DNA from: Azolla caroliniana
Lineage: Eukaryota > Plantae > Polypodiophyta
Direction: 5' to 3'
Assembly (NCBI GenBank): GCA_043228905.1
Contig: JBHGNT010000013.1
Span: forward strand, 12,710,001 to 12,774,000
Length of the DNA: 64,000 bases
The position numbers and the translations under genes are program-made. Shown in pieces: positions 1-11,759 of this stretch (within the stretch, counting starts at the first letter, position 1; every line of letters begins with the position of its first letter). The notes under the pieces were generated by a model that was given only the letters and a program-made list of their open reading frames with translations, was not told the origin of the DNA and ran no database searches.

Positions 1-900
1 AGAACTTTTGTGGGGAAAGTCCCTTCATCATCGTCGTCTACCCTCTTCATGTTATCGTCTCCCTCTTCTTCGCATGTGTTAGCTTCGGCCTTCACTTCCT
101 CGCCGCCACCTTCCGTCTCTTGGGTCTCACGTTTGCTTTCCGACGCATCTGCCCAAGTCTCTGGAACAAGTGTGGAAAAAGTCTTGACACGGCCATCCGC
201 CATTGATTCGTCCATAGCCACCTCTGACTCGATGTCATTTTTCGTGGCTATCTCCTCAATCATGTCGGCCTCACACTTTTTATCTCCCTTGATCATGCAA
301 GCTTTGCTCATGCTTGCACCTTCATCACATGATGTTTCAGACACGATGCATGTTTCGAAACATTTGTCCTCGCTTGAAGTGGCATTCACCACCCTTGATT
401 CATTGGTTTCATTCCTCATCATTGTTTCTTTGCAAGACGAGAAGGCGTCTTGTTCCACTCCTTCTCCCGTGGTGTTGTCGTACCGAACTTGGGCCTTCGT
501 ATTGGTCGTATCAATACTCCACCTTTGTTGGGAGGTCTCTTCTTCCTTGATAACCATTTTAATCAGTTTTGGTTCCATTATAAGATTCTCTTTGGCTTCG
601 ACTTGCACCTTTAAATTCTCATATACCTGATTTATGAAGGCCTCTATGTTGAGTACTATCGAACCTTCCCTCTTCAAGCTTTCTCCTTTAGATGGTAGTT
701 TGAAGTTGCTTCCTGTCCTCCTTTCACCATTCCTCATGGGTTGTGTTGTTTTTTATGAGAATCTTGTCTTCCTCTTATCGTGTAGTTGACATATTGTTTC
801 CACTTTCGTCCAATCCTCTGTGAGGCCATTTGCACCATCATCATCCTCAAGTCGGATTCCAATGGCCTTCCTTTCCTTCTGATCGATTAACTTCAATGAA

Positions 901-2064
901 AGGATATATCGTTTCTACATCATCCCCAAAATCCACAAGCCCATTGTTGTAGGACGCCCTATTTGCGCCTACAACAATTATGTTTTCGAAAGAGCCTCTA
1001 AAGGGCTACACCATCTACTACATCCTGTCTTATTGTCTAAAAAACAACACCTCAAAGACTCCTTAATACTTGTTAAGGACCTAGCACACCACACCTTCCC
1101 CAAAACTTGCACGTTGTTTTCTTTTGACATAGTGTGACTATATCCCAGTATACCTACCACGGAAGGTCTATTGGTTTTTAAAAAATCTATTTCACATCAT
1201 TTCCCACCACACAAAACCAAAATCATTATGAGTGTTGCCGAACTTATACTTAGAAACAGTTTTCTCTCCTTTAATAATGCTTTTTGGTTACAAATTAAAG
1301 GCACCGCAATGGGTAGTAATTTTGCCGTTGTTTACGCTTGCTTGCTTCTTTCGCAGCTAGAGAACGACAACCTAACTTTCCAAACACCACAACTACTCTA
1401 CTACAAACGCTACATCGATGATGCTATAGGAGTTTGGGAAGGTTCCCCCGATACACTTCACACCTTCTTACACCAATACGGCGTGCCTCTACAACAACAC
1501 ATCCGTATTGAATCAACAACCTCCCCTAAAGAGATCACCATCCTGGAAGTCGTCTTCTTGAAAGGCCCATACTTTAAAGAATTCGGCATCCTCGACACCG
1601 CATGCCACCAAAAACCTTTCAATGCCTACATGTACCTCCCATGGAAATCCTCGCACCCCATAGCACACAAAAAGGGCTTCATCATGGGAGAACTAAAACG
1701 GTATGCTATCCGGGAGAGCTCGGAAAATGGCTACATGGAACTACGCAAAAATTTCTACGACCGCCTAAGAGCTAGGGGCTACCCGTCGAAGTTCCTACTC
1801 AAGTGTTTTTCGACCGTCCCCTACTCCATACGAAACCAACTACTCTCTAACCAACCCAACAAGAAAAAACCTCCACCCATTGTTTTTAAGTTTCGTTACT
1901 CCCCATGTATCAAAAAACTCCAAATCGGAGCGCTCGTGAGAAACAAACTTAAACCCCTTCTAGGACAACCACAATACAGTTCCCTTACACCCCCTCTCAC
2001 GTGTTGGCTAAATGGTAAAAAACTAAGAAACCACCTAGTACACTCATCCTTTCCCCTCACCTAA
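901..2064 (+). pseudogene. Penelope-like element (PLE) reverse transcriptase, 5'-truncated, with one in-frame stop (TGA 1135-1137)
   Basis: One frame reads FYIIPKIHK..GRPI, LKDS, FDIV*LYPSIP, QIKGTAMGS, YKRYIDD, HQKPFNAYMYLPWKSSHP, RGYP and LRNHLVHS. These are the RT core and thumb motifs typical of PLEs. No GIY-YIG domain follows. Confidence 0.88.
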
Positions 2065-2224
2065 TGTTTTATGTACTCTCACCCCTCTTAACCCCCACCT
2101 AAAGTCTTGTGTACACTCTTTTACCTTCCCTTTGTACACACTTTTGTATGTCCCACATACAAAGGACTCTCCTCCCTCTCCCTATAAAAAGAGCAACCTA
2201 GTAGGCTTAGTTTTCATCATTTGT

Positions 2225-2275
2225 ACATCGGGCACTAAAGAGCCCCCATCGAGGCGAAATGCATTTGTCGATTGT
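2225..2275 (+). ncRNA. Degenerate minimal type I hammerhead ribozyme in the PLE 3' region (pLTR)
   Basis: Stem I acatcgggca(2225-2234)/tgtcgattgt(2266-2275); core CTAAAGA 2235-2241 (consensus CUGAnGA); stem II gcccc-catc-gaggc; GAAA 2256-2259; palindromic mini helix III ATGCAT; UH at 2264-2265. Confidence 0.7.
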
Positions 2276-2329
2276 TACCTTATGATAGTAAAACTTTCTT
2301 TCCTTCTATGTGTTGTTCTTATCTAATTT

Positions 2330-2960
2330 TTTGTCTTAAGTTCTTAAGTACTTATTTAATAAATTTTTATTAAGTACTTGTTTAATCACTTTTTTATCAA
2401 TTTTCTTGTCTTAAGTTTTTAAGTATTTATTTAATCATTTTCTATTAAGTACTTGTTTAATAATCATTTTTATTACGTACTTGTTTAACCCCTTTTTTTA
2501 AAGTACTTGTTCAATCATTTTTTGGTTTAACTTTTTGTTTAAACATTTGTTTAAGTATTCTCCTCTCTTAATCATAATCATTCTCTTCTTAGCCATGACC
2601 CCTTTTCTTTAACCATATCCCTCCCTTCTCTTTTAATCATAACCTTGCTTTAAGTGTTTGCCCAAGTGTTTTCTTATCTAAATATTTGTTTAAACATTCA
2701 TTTAAGTACTTTGTTTTAGCAACCCCTTCCCCCTTAATCATAATCCCTTCTTAACCATAATCATTTTTTAATCTCAATCTCTCTTTTCTATTTTTATTTT
2801 TATTTTTTTATAATAATCTTTCTTTTAAGTGTTTGTTTAAGCGTGTGTTTAAACAACTCCCTTTCATCTAAGCGTGTGGTCCTGTTTTAATAATACTCTA
2901 TATTGGTGTTTTAATAATACTTTATTGGTGTCTAATAACTTAAGTTATCCCAATAATCTT
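2330..2960. repeat. T-rich array of degenerate ttaagtacttgtttaa-like motifs, probably part of the PLE insertion (right edge ~3134)
   Basis: Motif copies near 2345, 2370, 2419, 2446, 2473 and 2499, with further degenerate copies. The array lies between the PLE RT and the point where element A gag resumes. Confidence 0.55.
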
Positions 2961-3418
2961 TAATATGTTCTAAAAACTTTGATTAGGTTTAAATACTTTT
3001 GATATCTTCAACAAGCTACACTCCCCTAACCCCCACCCACGCCCTCACTTTTCTATTCTTCTAAAACTATATCACTACTTATGTTTACACATACAAATAA
3101 GATCTAAACTTGAGTCCACCCCAAACAACCCCCGATGAAGTGCCGCACACTTGATCCGAGAGTTATGCAAAGCAACACTCGAACTCAATGAAAGCATGCA
3201 TGGCACTTTGCTGGGTCTTTAATGATGATACCCATTGGTCAAACTCGTATAGGCTGCATCTCTTCGGGTCTTTGTATCTAGCTTCGTTGATAAAAGCCTC
3301 TCGATCTCTCGCCTTGAGCATGATTTCTATGACGGACACGATGCCTTTCATCAATTCTTCTACTTGAGTTCCGCTTGTCGAAGCCATCTTTGCATTTGAT
3401 ATCCTCCCTACCGCCTCT

Positions 3419-3436
3419 TTTACGTCGGGTTCACCA
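3419..3436 (-). promoter_or_regulatory. Primer binding site complementary to the plant tRNA-Trp 3' end
   Basis: The minus strand reads tggtgaacccgacgtaaa, 8 nt inside the LTR end. Plant tRNA-Trp(CCA) ends ...UUCACGUCGGGUUCACCA (recalled sequence). Confidence 0.8.
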
Positions 3437-3444
3437 CTTAATTA

Positions 3445-5289
3445 TGTCATGAAAATCCGTCACTATGTGCGGATCGCGAGGCGAAACCATCGGGGTTCTG
3501 GACTAGAAGGATTTAGTGCAACACGTACAACACAAGCAAAATTCACATATAAGACGAGTAGATGAGAGAAAACATTTGTTTATTGCATAAGAAAATAGAT
3601 TCTTTTATAATTCAAGAATCTTGTTACAACGGGTCGGAGATGAAAATGAGAGATAAAAATTTTAAAGAAAGGAGCCAACAACCATATAAGGAGTGGTCCA
3701 ATATGAATATGAGAGATTATTCTTGAAAGAAAGGAGCCAATAACCATGTAAGGAGTGGTCTGATATCAATATGAGAGAGATTTCTTCCCCCAAGGAATGG
3801 GAGAGAGAAGAAGAAAGGAAAAGAAAAAAAAACTAAAGGGAAAAAATGGGACATATATTGAGCTCTTTGTTGATCCTCCTTCCCAATGTTACTTTGCATG
3901 TCCACTTTTAGTTGCATGGCCTCTATTTTTAGTTGCATGGCCTCTACTTTTAGTTGCATGCCTTTTACTTTTAGTTCCATGGCCTTGGCTTTTAGTTGCA
4001 TGCAACCGTCCGTATAATTCGGCCAAATGACCCAATCATCCATAAAGTTCAGCCCGTGCGCAATCCGTACGTGCATCGCAACCAAACCGTAGATGCGTCC
4101 GCGCGCAAAAGTCCCGACTACGTAGTGTACACATCCACACCGCCATGCATACGTGCGTACGCCCCAAGCGTGCACACGCGCGTACGCCCGAAGCGTCCAC
4201 ACCACACAGTTTAGCCCAACTCACCTTAACATTTTGTGCTCCACACATTGATAAAATGAATATGTCTGGTTTCCCTTATATATCCTGGGTTCCAATGTTG
4301 TGTTATCTATGTAGGGTATCTCACAATTTTGTCTTTTCTTTTTTTTCTTCAAACTTCACACTCACATAACTTGATACTTGTTTATCTGTTACATGCGTAG
4401 TAAAATACGTTACGAAGCTCTTGAAGACATCTATCTTTCCATATGAATACATTATGCTAATCTTAAATAATTGTTTTACTAGTTTTCATATCGTGTGTGA
4501 AAAAACACACGACACTGACAATCGGACGGAACAAGAACTGGCAACTGGACGACGATCGGAACCGAAACCGAAATCGGACAGCGGCTGAATCGGAACCGGC
4601 GAAGGAACCGGGTGGGAAAGAACTAGAACCAAACAGCAATCAAACCGGGCTAGACGGATCGGGCCGGATGCAACCTGACGGATCATGCGGCGAACTAAAG
4701 TAAACTAAAGTAAAGGTTATGTGAACGCATGCAACTAAAGTCAAACTTTTTGTAAAGTAAAGGTCATGTGGATGCACGCAATTGAACTGAAGATGGAAAC
4801 TGGAGTTCCTTCATGCAAGTGCGAGAAGGGAGGAGAAGAATGGTCCTTAGGGGATCGAAGCATCTTTTGGGGGATAAACCCTAATTTTCCTTGCAAAAGC
4901 TATCGCTCACATAAACCCTAATTTTCGTTACAGAATCTATCTCACAAAAACCGAAACCCTAATAGTTTTCTTTATGGAAGCCATATCTCTCGTTTAACCA
5001 TAAGTTTCCTTACGGAAGCCATATCTCTCAAATAGCCCTAATTTTTTTACTTATGAAAGCCATATCTCATAAATTTGAAACATCGAAGCCATATCTCACA
5101 AACCCTAAACTTTTGTAATCCCAATCGTGGGATTGATTGTAATTTTTCTTCTCCTTTGCTAATGAAATTTATTAAACTTTCTCATTTCTATTAATTCTTA
5201 AAGTATAAATGCACGAATTTGATATCCTCTAGTCAAAGGCCCTGGGGTCCTGTCTCAAGTTCACGTATCCTTGTCGTATTTTCGTGACA
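3445..5289 (-). repeat. LTR of element A (~1845 bp) with internal minisatellites
   Basis: 12-bp imperfect inverted termini; about five ~21-bp ttttagttgcatggcctcta repeats at ~3890-4005; aaaccctaa and aagccatatctc repeats at 4875-5110; conserved family U5 motif at 3478-3505. Confidence 0.75.
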
Positions 5290-8200
5290 CCACTCTGATC
5301 CGACTAACCAGCTCACTGGCTCACCAATCTGGCTCAAGCTTATTCAGTCAATCCGGATCCGGTTGAGCTTGGCGCTCAACACTCCCCCTCAAGCTCAACT
5401 TAACGTCGAATCGTGGTGTCAGTGTTCATGGTAGCCGGTCCTTCTACCCAGCTCCTTCTGGCGTCACTTTGCCTTGCTCGTGCTCCTTGTCCAGTCCAGT
5501 CCCTTTTGCTGCAACCTTTCTAGTTCTGCGCACCTGGATCTCCTCGGTCGGCTTGTCTCCTCAACATGCCCATTTCAGCTCTCGTTGTTGCGACTCCAAC
5601 GCTTCTCAACCCATCAGTTCCTTCGTGTTGCCATCGACTTCCGTTGCATCCGTGTCTGTTTGGCCTTTAGTTGAATCTTGAATCGAATCGGTTTCCTTCG
5701 ATTCGTTCTAGCTCTTGTCTGAATCGGTCGCTCCCGATTCGTTCTGGCTCTTGTCCGAGTCAGTGTTCTCCAACCCGTCTTCTGGTTTCAGGCCCTTCAC
5801 CATATCAGACCATGTCCGGGTCTTGGCCTTCTCCTTTCGATCGGCTCAGTCCTTCTTGACTCTGCCACTACTGCCGCTCGTTCTGACTTTTTCGGATGTG
5901 CCGACTTCCTTCATCGACTCGGCTTCCTTTTTCCCTTTGACTCCCCCTTTGTTGGTTCTTTCTTCCTCTCCAGCTCCTTGTCCAGTGCCATCTGTTCCCT
6001 TTCCTTTTCTCCCCCTCAAGTGCGGCACATCGAGATGCTGAATACCGAGCATCTCCAAAAAATGTTGCAACTTGTTCGGTCCTAGTGGCTTGGTGAAGAT
6101 GTCGGCAACCTGCCAAGCCGTGTGAACATACCGAAGTTCAACTTCACCACTCAGGACCCGCTCGCGAACAAAGTGATAATGCACTTCTATGTGCTTTGTC
6201 TAAGCATGGAATACAAGTTCTTGGCGAGCTGAATGCTGCTCATGTTGTCATAGTAGATCAGAATCGGGGTCAGTGCCTCGATCCGGAGGTCAAGCAGTAG
6301 CCGAAGCCAGATGGCTTCACAGGTGGTACTCAGCCTTAGTGCTCGACAAACCCATTGTTGACTACTTTTTGCTGCTCCACGCAACAACCGCGCTACCAAG
6401 AGAAAACATGTAACCGAAGGTGGATCGCCGATCCAATGCATCACCAACCCAATCGGCATCTGTGTATTCGACCAGCTCTTCAGTTATACCATGCCGGTAT
6501 AACAGTCCCCGGTCCTTCGTGCCGCTCACATACCAGAGTATCCGGTGTGCGCACTAAAGGTGCTCGACGGTCGGCTTCTACATGAACTAGCTGATCACTC
6601 CAACTGGGTAACTAATGTTGGGTCGAGTGATTGTCCGGTATAGGAGGCTTCCGACAATTTTTCGGAACCGTTTCTCATCGCAGGCCGATCCAGAGTTTGG
6701 ACGGAGCTTCTGGTTCCGGTCCAGGGGTGTAGAGACAGGTCAGCATTCCGTCATGCCGAACTTGTACAGCATATTCAACACATAGTGTCATTGTGAGAGC
6801 AATATGCCATTGGGGGTTCGGATCACCTCGATCCCAAGAAAATAATGAAGATCCCCCAGGTCCTTCATTTCAAATGCATCCGATAGTTGGGAATATACTC
6901 GGCCAATTTCATTGAGTCCGGTTCCGGTGATGACTAAATCATCAATATAAAGTAGCATGCAAATCGAACCGTCCAGACTTGCCAGATGAACAACGATGAG
7001 TCAGATTTAGAGGTCACAAACCCCATCTTCACAACCAGTGCGTAATCTTCGCATTTCAAGCTCGGGAGGCTTGTTTCAGACCGTAAAGCGACTTCTTAAG
7101 CCGGCACACCGCCGACTTGTTCATCTCCGCCTGAAAACTGGGGGATTGGATCATATAGAGCCGTTCTTCAAGGTCACCTTGAAGAAACGCATTCTTCACG
7201 TCCATCTGGTGAAGATGCCACCGCCTTGCCACAACAACCACCAATACCACACGAACCGTCGTCATCTTCGCTATTAGAGCGAAGGTCTCGTCGTAGTCGA
7301 TTCCGTGGGTCTATGTGTATCCCTTCGCCACTAATCGGGCCTTGTACCGACTGGTATACGAACCGTTGGCATTGTATGTACACCCATTTGCAACCAATTG
7401 GTTTACAGTGTTGAGGGTCAACGAGGTCCCATGTGTCGTTGGCATCAAGTGCCCGCATTTCTTCTTCCATAGCGGCACGCCAATTTGTGTCCTTTGTCAC
7501 TTTTGCGTAGCTCTCTAGCTCACGCACTTCTGCCACTTTGGTCGTGTACGCATAGTGATGCGCCATGTACTCATTGTATCCGTACCACGTAATGGGGTTC
7601 TTCTGGTGGGAAGACCGGCGTAACTTGTCATCCCCCGGTTTGGGGCCCTTCTTGGCCGGTTCAAACTTTGTTCCCGAAGATCCACCTTCATCCTTTCCGG
7701 AGTCGATTCACTCTGATCCGACTCAACGTTGCCGGTTTCGTATTCTGGCATCTTCTTCTTCCCCTTCTCTCTGCGCGTGAACCGTCTCCTCGGTTCCTTG
7801 CACGGGGAGAGCATGGCAGAGTCTCCACTACTCGCCGGTTCTTCATCCGACTAGTCATCTTGACTCAGCCGCTCATTCGGTCCACTGAGCCGGAATGAGA
7901 TCGGACTCTCTTCTAGAGTGCCGAAGTCTTCATCTTCTACCTGGACCTCCTCGGGCTCACTAGCCTCATCTTTTGGAATCGGGTCTTCGTCGGGAGTTGG
8001 AGTACCATGATGCCGTCTCATCAAACTAGACATCTTGGCTTACTCAGACCTGCTTAGTCTGGGGGTTATAGCACTTATACCCCTTCTACTCATGTGAATA
8101 GCCGACTAGGATGCATTTCTCTGACTTCGGATCTAGCTTCTTCCGCTTCTCATCCGGTACATGCACATATGCTATGCTACCGAATATCCGAAGGTGTCTC

Positions 8201-9063
8201 AAATTCTGCTTCTGCCCGAAATACAGTTCATGTGATGACACCTTGTCTCCGATCCGGTTTTGGATGTAGATGGTCGTCCCGACCGCCTCAGCCCATTAGA
8301 ATTGGGGCATGCTCTGTCGCGTCGACAATCGACCGGTTCTTCCTTTCGGCCACACCATTTTGCTCCAACATGTATCTACAGCTAAATTCTTTCCGAATTC
8401 CGTTCTGTTGCAGATAACTGTTGAATTGGCTGGAAAAGTATTCTTTTCCGCCATCCAACTGCAAGCACTTGACCTTCCTCTCCGTTTCCCGTTCAACTAA
8501 GCTTTGCAAGTTCCGGAAACATTCGAATACTTCGCTCTTCCGTTCAATGAGGTAGATCCACATGTGCCGGCTGTAGTCATCGATGAAGGAGACGAAGTAT
8601 CGACTCCTACCAAGACTAACGTTCTGTGCTATTCCCCATACATCCGAATGTATTAGATTGAGCTTGTTACGACTCTGGTTTCGTTCGGCGCGGAATGGAA
8701 GCTAGTGTTGCTTCCCGAGTTGGCAGGCTTCACAAATTTCGGCCTTTTGGCCACTAAATTTCGGCAAACTGAAGACAACTTGTTTCGATTGCAGGTCCTG
8801 AAGCTTCCGGTAGTTGACATGGCCGATCCGCTTGTGCCACAGATCGATGTCCAACTCGACCTTCTACCCTTTGGCAAACATGGCGGTGCCAACATCATTG
8901 GTGTTGAGGATGAACATCCTCCCTTCTCTGCGCCCTTGTGCAATTATCCGGCCTTCTTCCTCAATGAAGCACCCTAGTTGTGTAAACCGCACCTACATCC
9001 CCTAGTCGACCATCTGTCCAACTAACACCAGGTTCTTTGTGATAGTCGGAACGTGTAGTACGT

Positions 9064-9649
9064 TGTCGTAGTGTGAATCACACACTACGTGAAATATGTA
9101 AAACACTATATCCGATTTAGAGTACGTATAATAAATAAAAATAAAATATTAAAAATATTTATTACGTGCATAGGGCAGGATTCGAACCCTGTACATCCAA
9201 GTCGACAAACCCCAGCCTTACCACTATACTAGCATACTATGAATTGTAAAGTTATACTAAACTTTATCCCATGTAAATATTCTAGATATGCATGGTACAA
9301 AAAGTTATTCATGCATGCACACTCGAGTTAAAAGAAAAGATGGGATAGAAAGCTAATCATGCACATGCAGTGTGCATGAAAACTAAAGTTAGGAAAAGCA
9401 TGATGCTTGCATGTGATAAACTTAGACTCTTCCAACACTATATAAGGAAGAGAGAAAGATGTATAGGATAGTTGATTTTTTTTGAAGGATTGATTAATAC
9501 AAAATACTCATGGGATTCACGAGTTTCATATCTTCTTCTCGCAATCTCTTCCTAACTAACATTATCTCATATTCTTCTTCCTCCTAGTCCAAAACCCCAG
9601 CGGTTCCCACCCGACTCACGCAAACAATCCGGCGCCGAAAGGCACGACA
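9064..9649 (+). mobile_element. Solo LTR (586 bp) of the tgtcg...cgaca gypsy family with a 4-bp TSD acgt
   Basis: Termini tgtcgt...acgaca, with acgt at 9060-9063 and 9650-9653. Removing it restores the copia peptide MNVLHV. TATA-like tatataagg at ~9439; family U5 motif ctagtccaaaaccccagcgg at ~9585. Confidence 0.88.
9151..9240 (-). promoter_or_regulatory. tRNA-like Pol III A/B-box module inside the solo LTR
   Basis: Minus strand: A box tagtatagtgg (9221-9231), 32-nt spacer, B box ggttcgaatcc (9178-9188), T5 run at 9151-9155. Confidence 0.65.
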
Positions 9650-11724
9650 ACGTTCATCAGCTTCCCCTTTCGTCTGACATGGCTTAAAGGGACTTCTCCG
9701 ACATGCACAATCGGGTGAGGGGTGTCATCTCCAATTTCGACAATCCCCAGTTGTTCCGGCTTCTCCAAAAAAGAGAACCACTCTTCATGGCTCGTCATGT
9801 GGTTGGACGCACCAGAATCAACGTACCATACTACCTCCGATTTTGAAGTAGACTTCTTCATCGAGTTAGCCTTGTGCTTCATCACAAAGGCTGCCCCTTT
9901 ACCAGTTTTCCCGGTTTTGGATCCTTCTGATCCTTCCGCGTAGTGCGAGCTTTGTCGGTCCTCCCGACCAGTTTTGCCAGATCCGGATCTGTCCAAATCG
10001 GCGTGCTTCTTCCAGCACTCGCGTTCCCTGTGGCCCTTTTTGCCATTGTACTAGCATTCTGTGTCGGCCTTTCCTTGCCGGTTCCCGGCGCCGCTTTGAC
10101 TCCCCCTGCTTGTGGAGGGTTCGAAACTGCTGTCGGCACCACTTTTGTGCCTCCGGTCCTGCTCTTGTCAGTCGCCTCCATTGCGTGCCGACCCACCTCT
10201 TCCACCACGTCCATGGGGTTGATCCGTCTCCGTGTACAGCATCCTGTCATCTGATTGAGTGGTCCTTGACCCACTCGCGTGGTTTTCTTCGACCATCAGC
10301 ATCGATTACAAGTCGAAGAAAGACGGTGGTTTCTCCCGGGTGCAGATCGTTCTCCAGGTTGGCTCGTACCTTTGCGCTAGACCACCGAGGCAGGTTTGTA
10401 CCATCTCTTCTTCGTCCACCGTCACATTGATGAACCCGAGTGCGTCGCAAATCTCCTTTATCTTGCTGGTGTAATCTGTAACCGACATGTCTCTTTGCCG
10501 GATGTTGTTCAACTCTTGCCAGAGCTGCAACTTACGGGTTGTGGTACTCGCGGTGAAAATCTTCCTTAGATTTCCCCAAGCCTCCTTCGGTGTCTTTGCA
10601 TCCTTGATGTAGCCGAGCATCTGATCGTGCACACAAGATGCGAGGCAGTACAATACTCGGCTCGCTCCTTGCTCCCATACCGGGAAGTCATTGTGTGCCG
10701 GCTTCGGCGCTACCTCGTTCGTTCCTTCCATGAAGCTCCAATATCCATGCCCCATCAGGTACTGGTGCATCTTGTATAACCAAGATGCATAGTTGCTCCG
10801 GTCGAGCTTCTCTGTTGGACGTGAACTCGCCATTCCTCTCTCCATATCTTCTCTCTGTATGTTGTTACTGGGTTCTAGGGTTCATCTACGGAAGCAAGTG
10901 TCGGCTGCAGAGGTTCTCAACCCTCGCGCTCTGATACCATGTAAATGTAGACGTGCGGAACCGTTAGACAAAACCGGCTCAGCCAGATAGCAACAGAGAA
11001 TAAGATGAAGGTTTAATGGAATAACTTAACGCACAGAGAATACGCGTGGGAGAGACAGAGAAAGAGAGAGCAGAACATAAACTCAATTCAAAAAACTCTA
11101 AAACTCTGTACATACAACGTGCCAAACAGCACTATTTATACAAGTCCATAAAGGACTGACAAAAGTACTGACAAGTACTTCAATATTCCTACGTGTGACT
11201 GACACTAACTACGAGACAATGATTACCTAGTAGTCTAGGCTACTACTAGGCTTCCGGTTACCGCTCTGATCCGGCTACCCAGCTCACCGATCTGGATCCG
11301 GTTGAGCTTGCCACTCAACAATTATGTATGCGGGTGAGTCATTCAAACAAAAGGATCATATGGTTATGATTGAATAATATATGGTACAAGTGCAGGTGTA
11401 GTGATACAACAGCTACAAAAGGATGTAACATTATTTGCAAAGAGAAACAATAGAACCAACAATCCAAATAATCTAACCTCCAAGAAACCATGTTTTTTTA
11501 CAATGCAATATATATGGGAATAGAGGAAAAAAAACATAAGTTAGGGCTTCACTAGAGCAATAAACACGTTGTCGCAGAAATCCAGGAGTATGTGTCGAAA
11601 CGGGGCGGGACCATCGGGGTCTTGGACTAGAGAGAGATGGAGGAAAGATTGAGCTACACCAATACTAGTTACGCCAGCTGACACACCGACCGGAGCGTTT
11701 CCGAATACACACTTGAGGTAACCG

Positions 11725-11759
<35 letters not shown>

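Larger units (their letters stand above)
1..5289 (-). mobile_element. Ty3/gypsy-type LTR element A (tRNA-Trp PBS family): 5' LTR, PBS and degenerate gag, running off the window start and interrupted by a Penelope-like element
   Basis: LTR 3445-5289 has inverted termini tgtcatgaaaat...attttcgtgaca. PBS at 3419-3436. Minus-strand gag-like pieces at 3163-3387 and <900 (LIDQKERKAIGIRLEDDDGANGLTEDW) match KSIDQKERMAIGIELEADDGANGLIEDW at ~25450-25550. Confidence 0.75.
5290..11320 (-). mobile_element. Ty1/copia element B, degenerate. Its 3' LTR is interrupted by element A and its pol by a solo LTR
   Basis: 5' LTR 10940-11320 (tgttgag...taca); PBS tggtatcagagc 10928-10939 (tRNA-iMet); gag 10306-10845; protease WYVDSGASNHMT ~9800; integrase 8100-8900 (QNGVAERKNR); RT 6500-7560 ([15 protein letters not shown]); RNase H 6050-6460; PPT 5382-5393; 3' LTR remnant 5290-5381. 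Confidence 0.93.

Noticed and set aside
10-630. 206-aa Ser-rich plus-strand ORF and the many similar short ORFs in the track
   Set aside because: These are antisense shadows of retroelement or gene reading frames.
9161-9240. Functional tRNA gene (also 21205-21270)
   Set aside because: The acceptor and anticodon stems do not pair. Reported only as a tRNA-like module.
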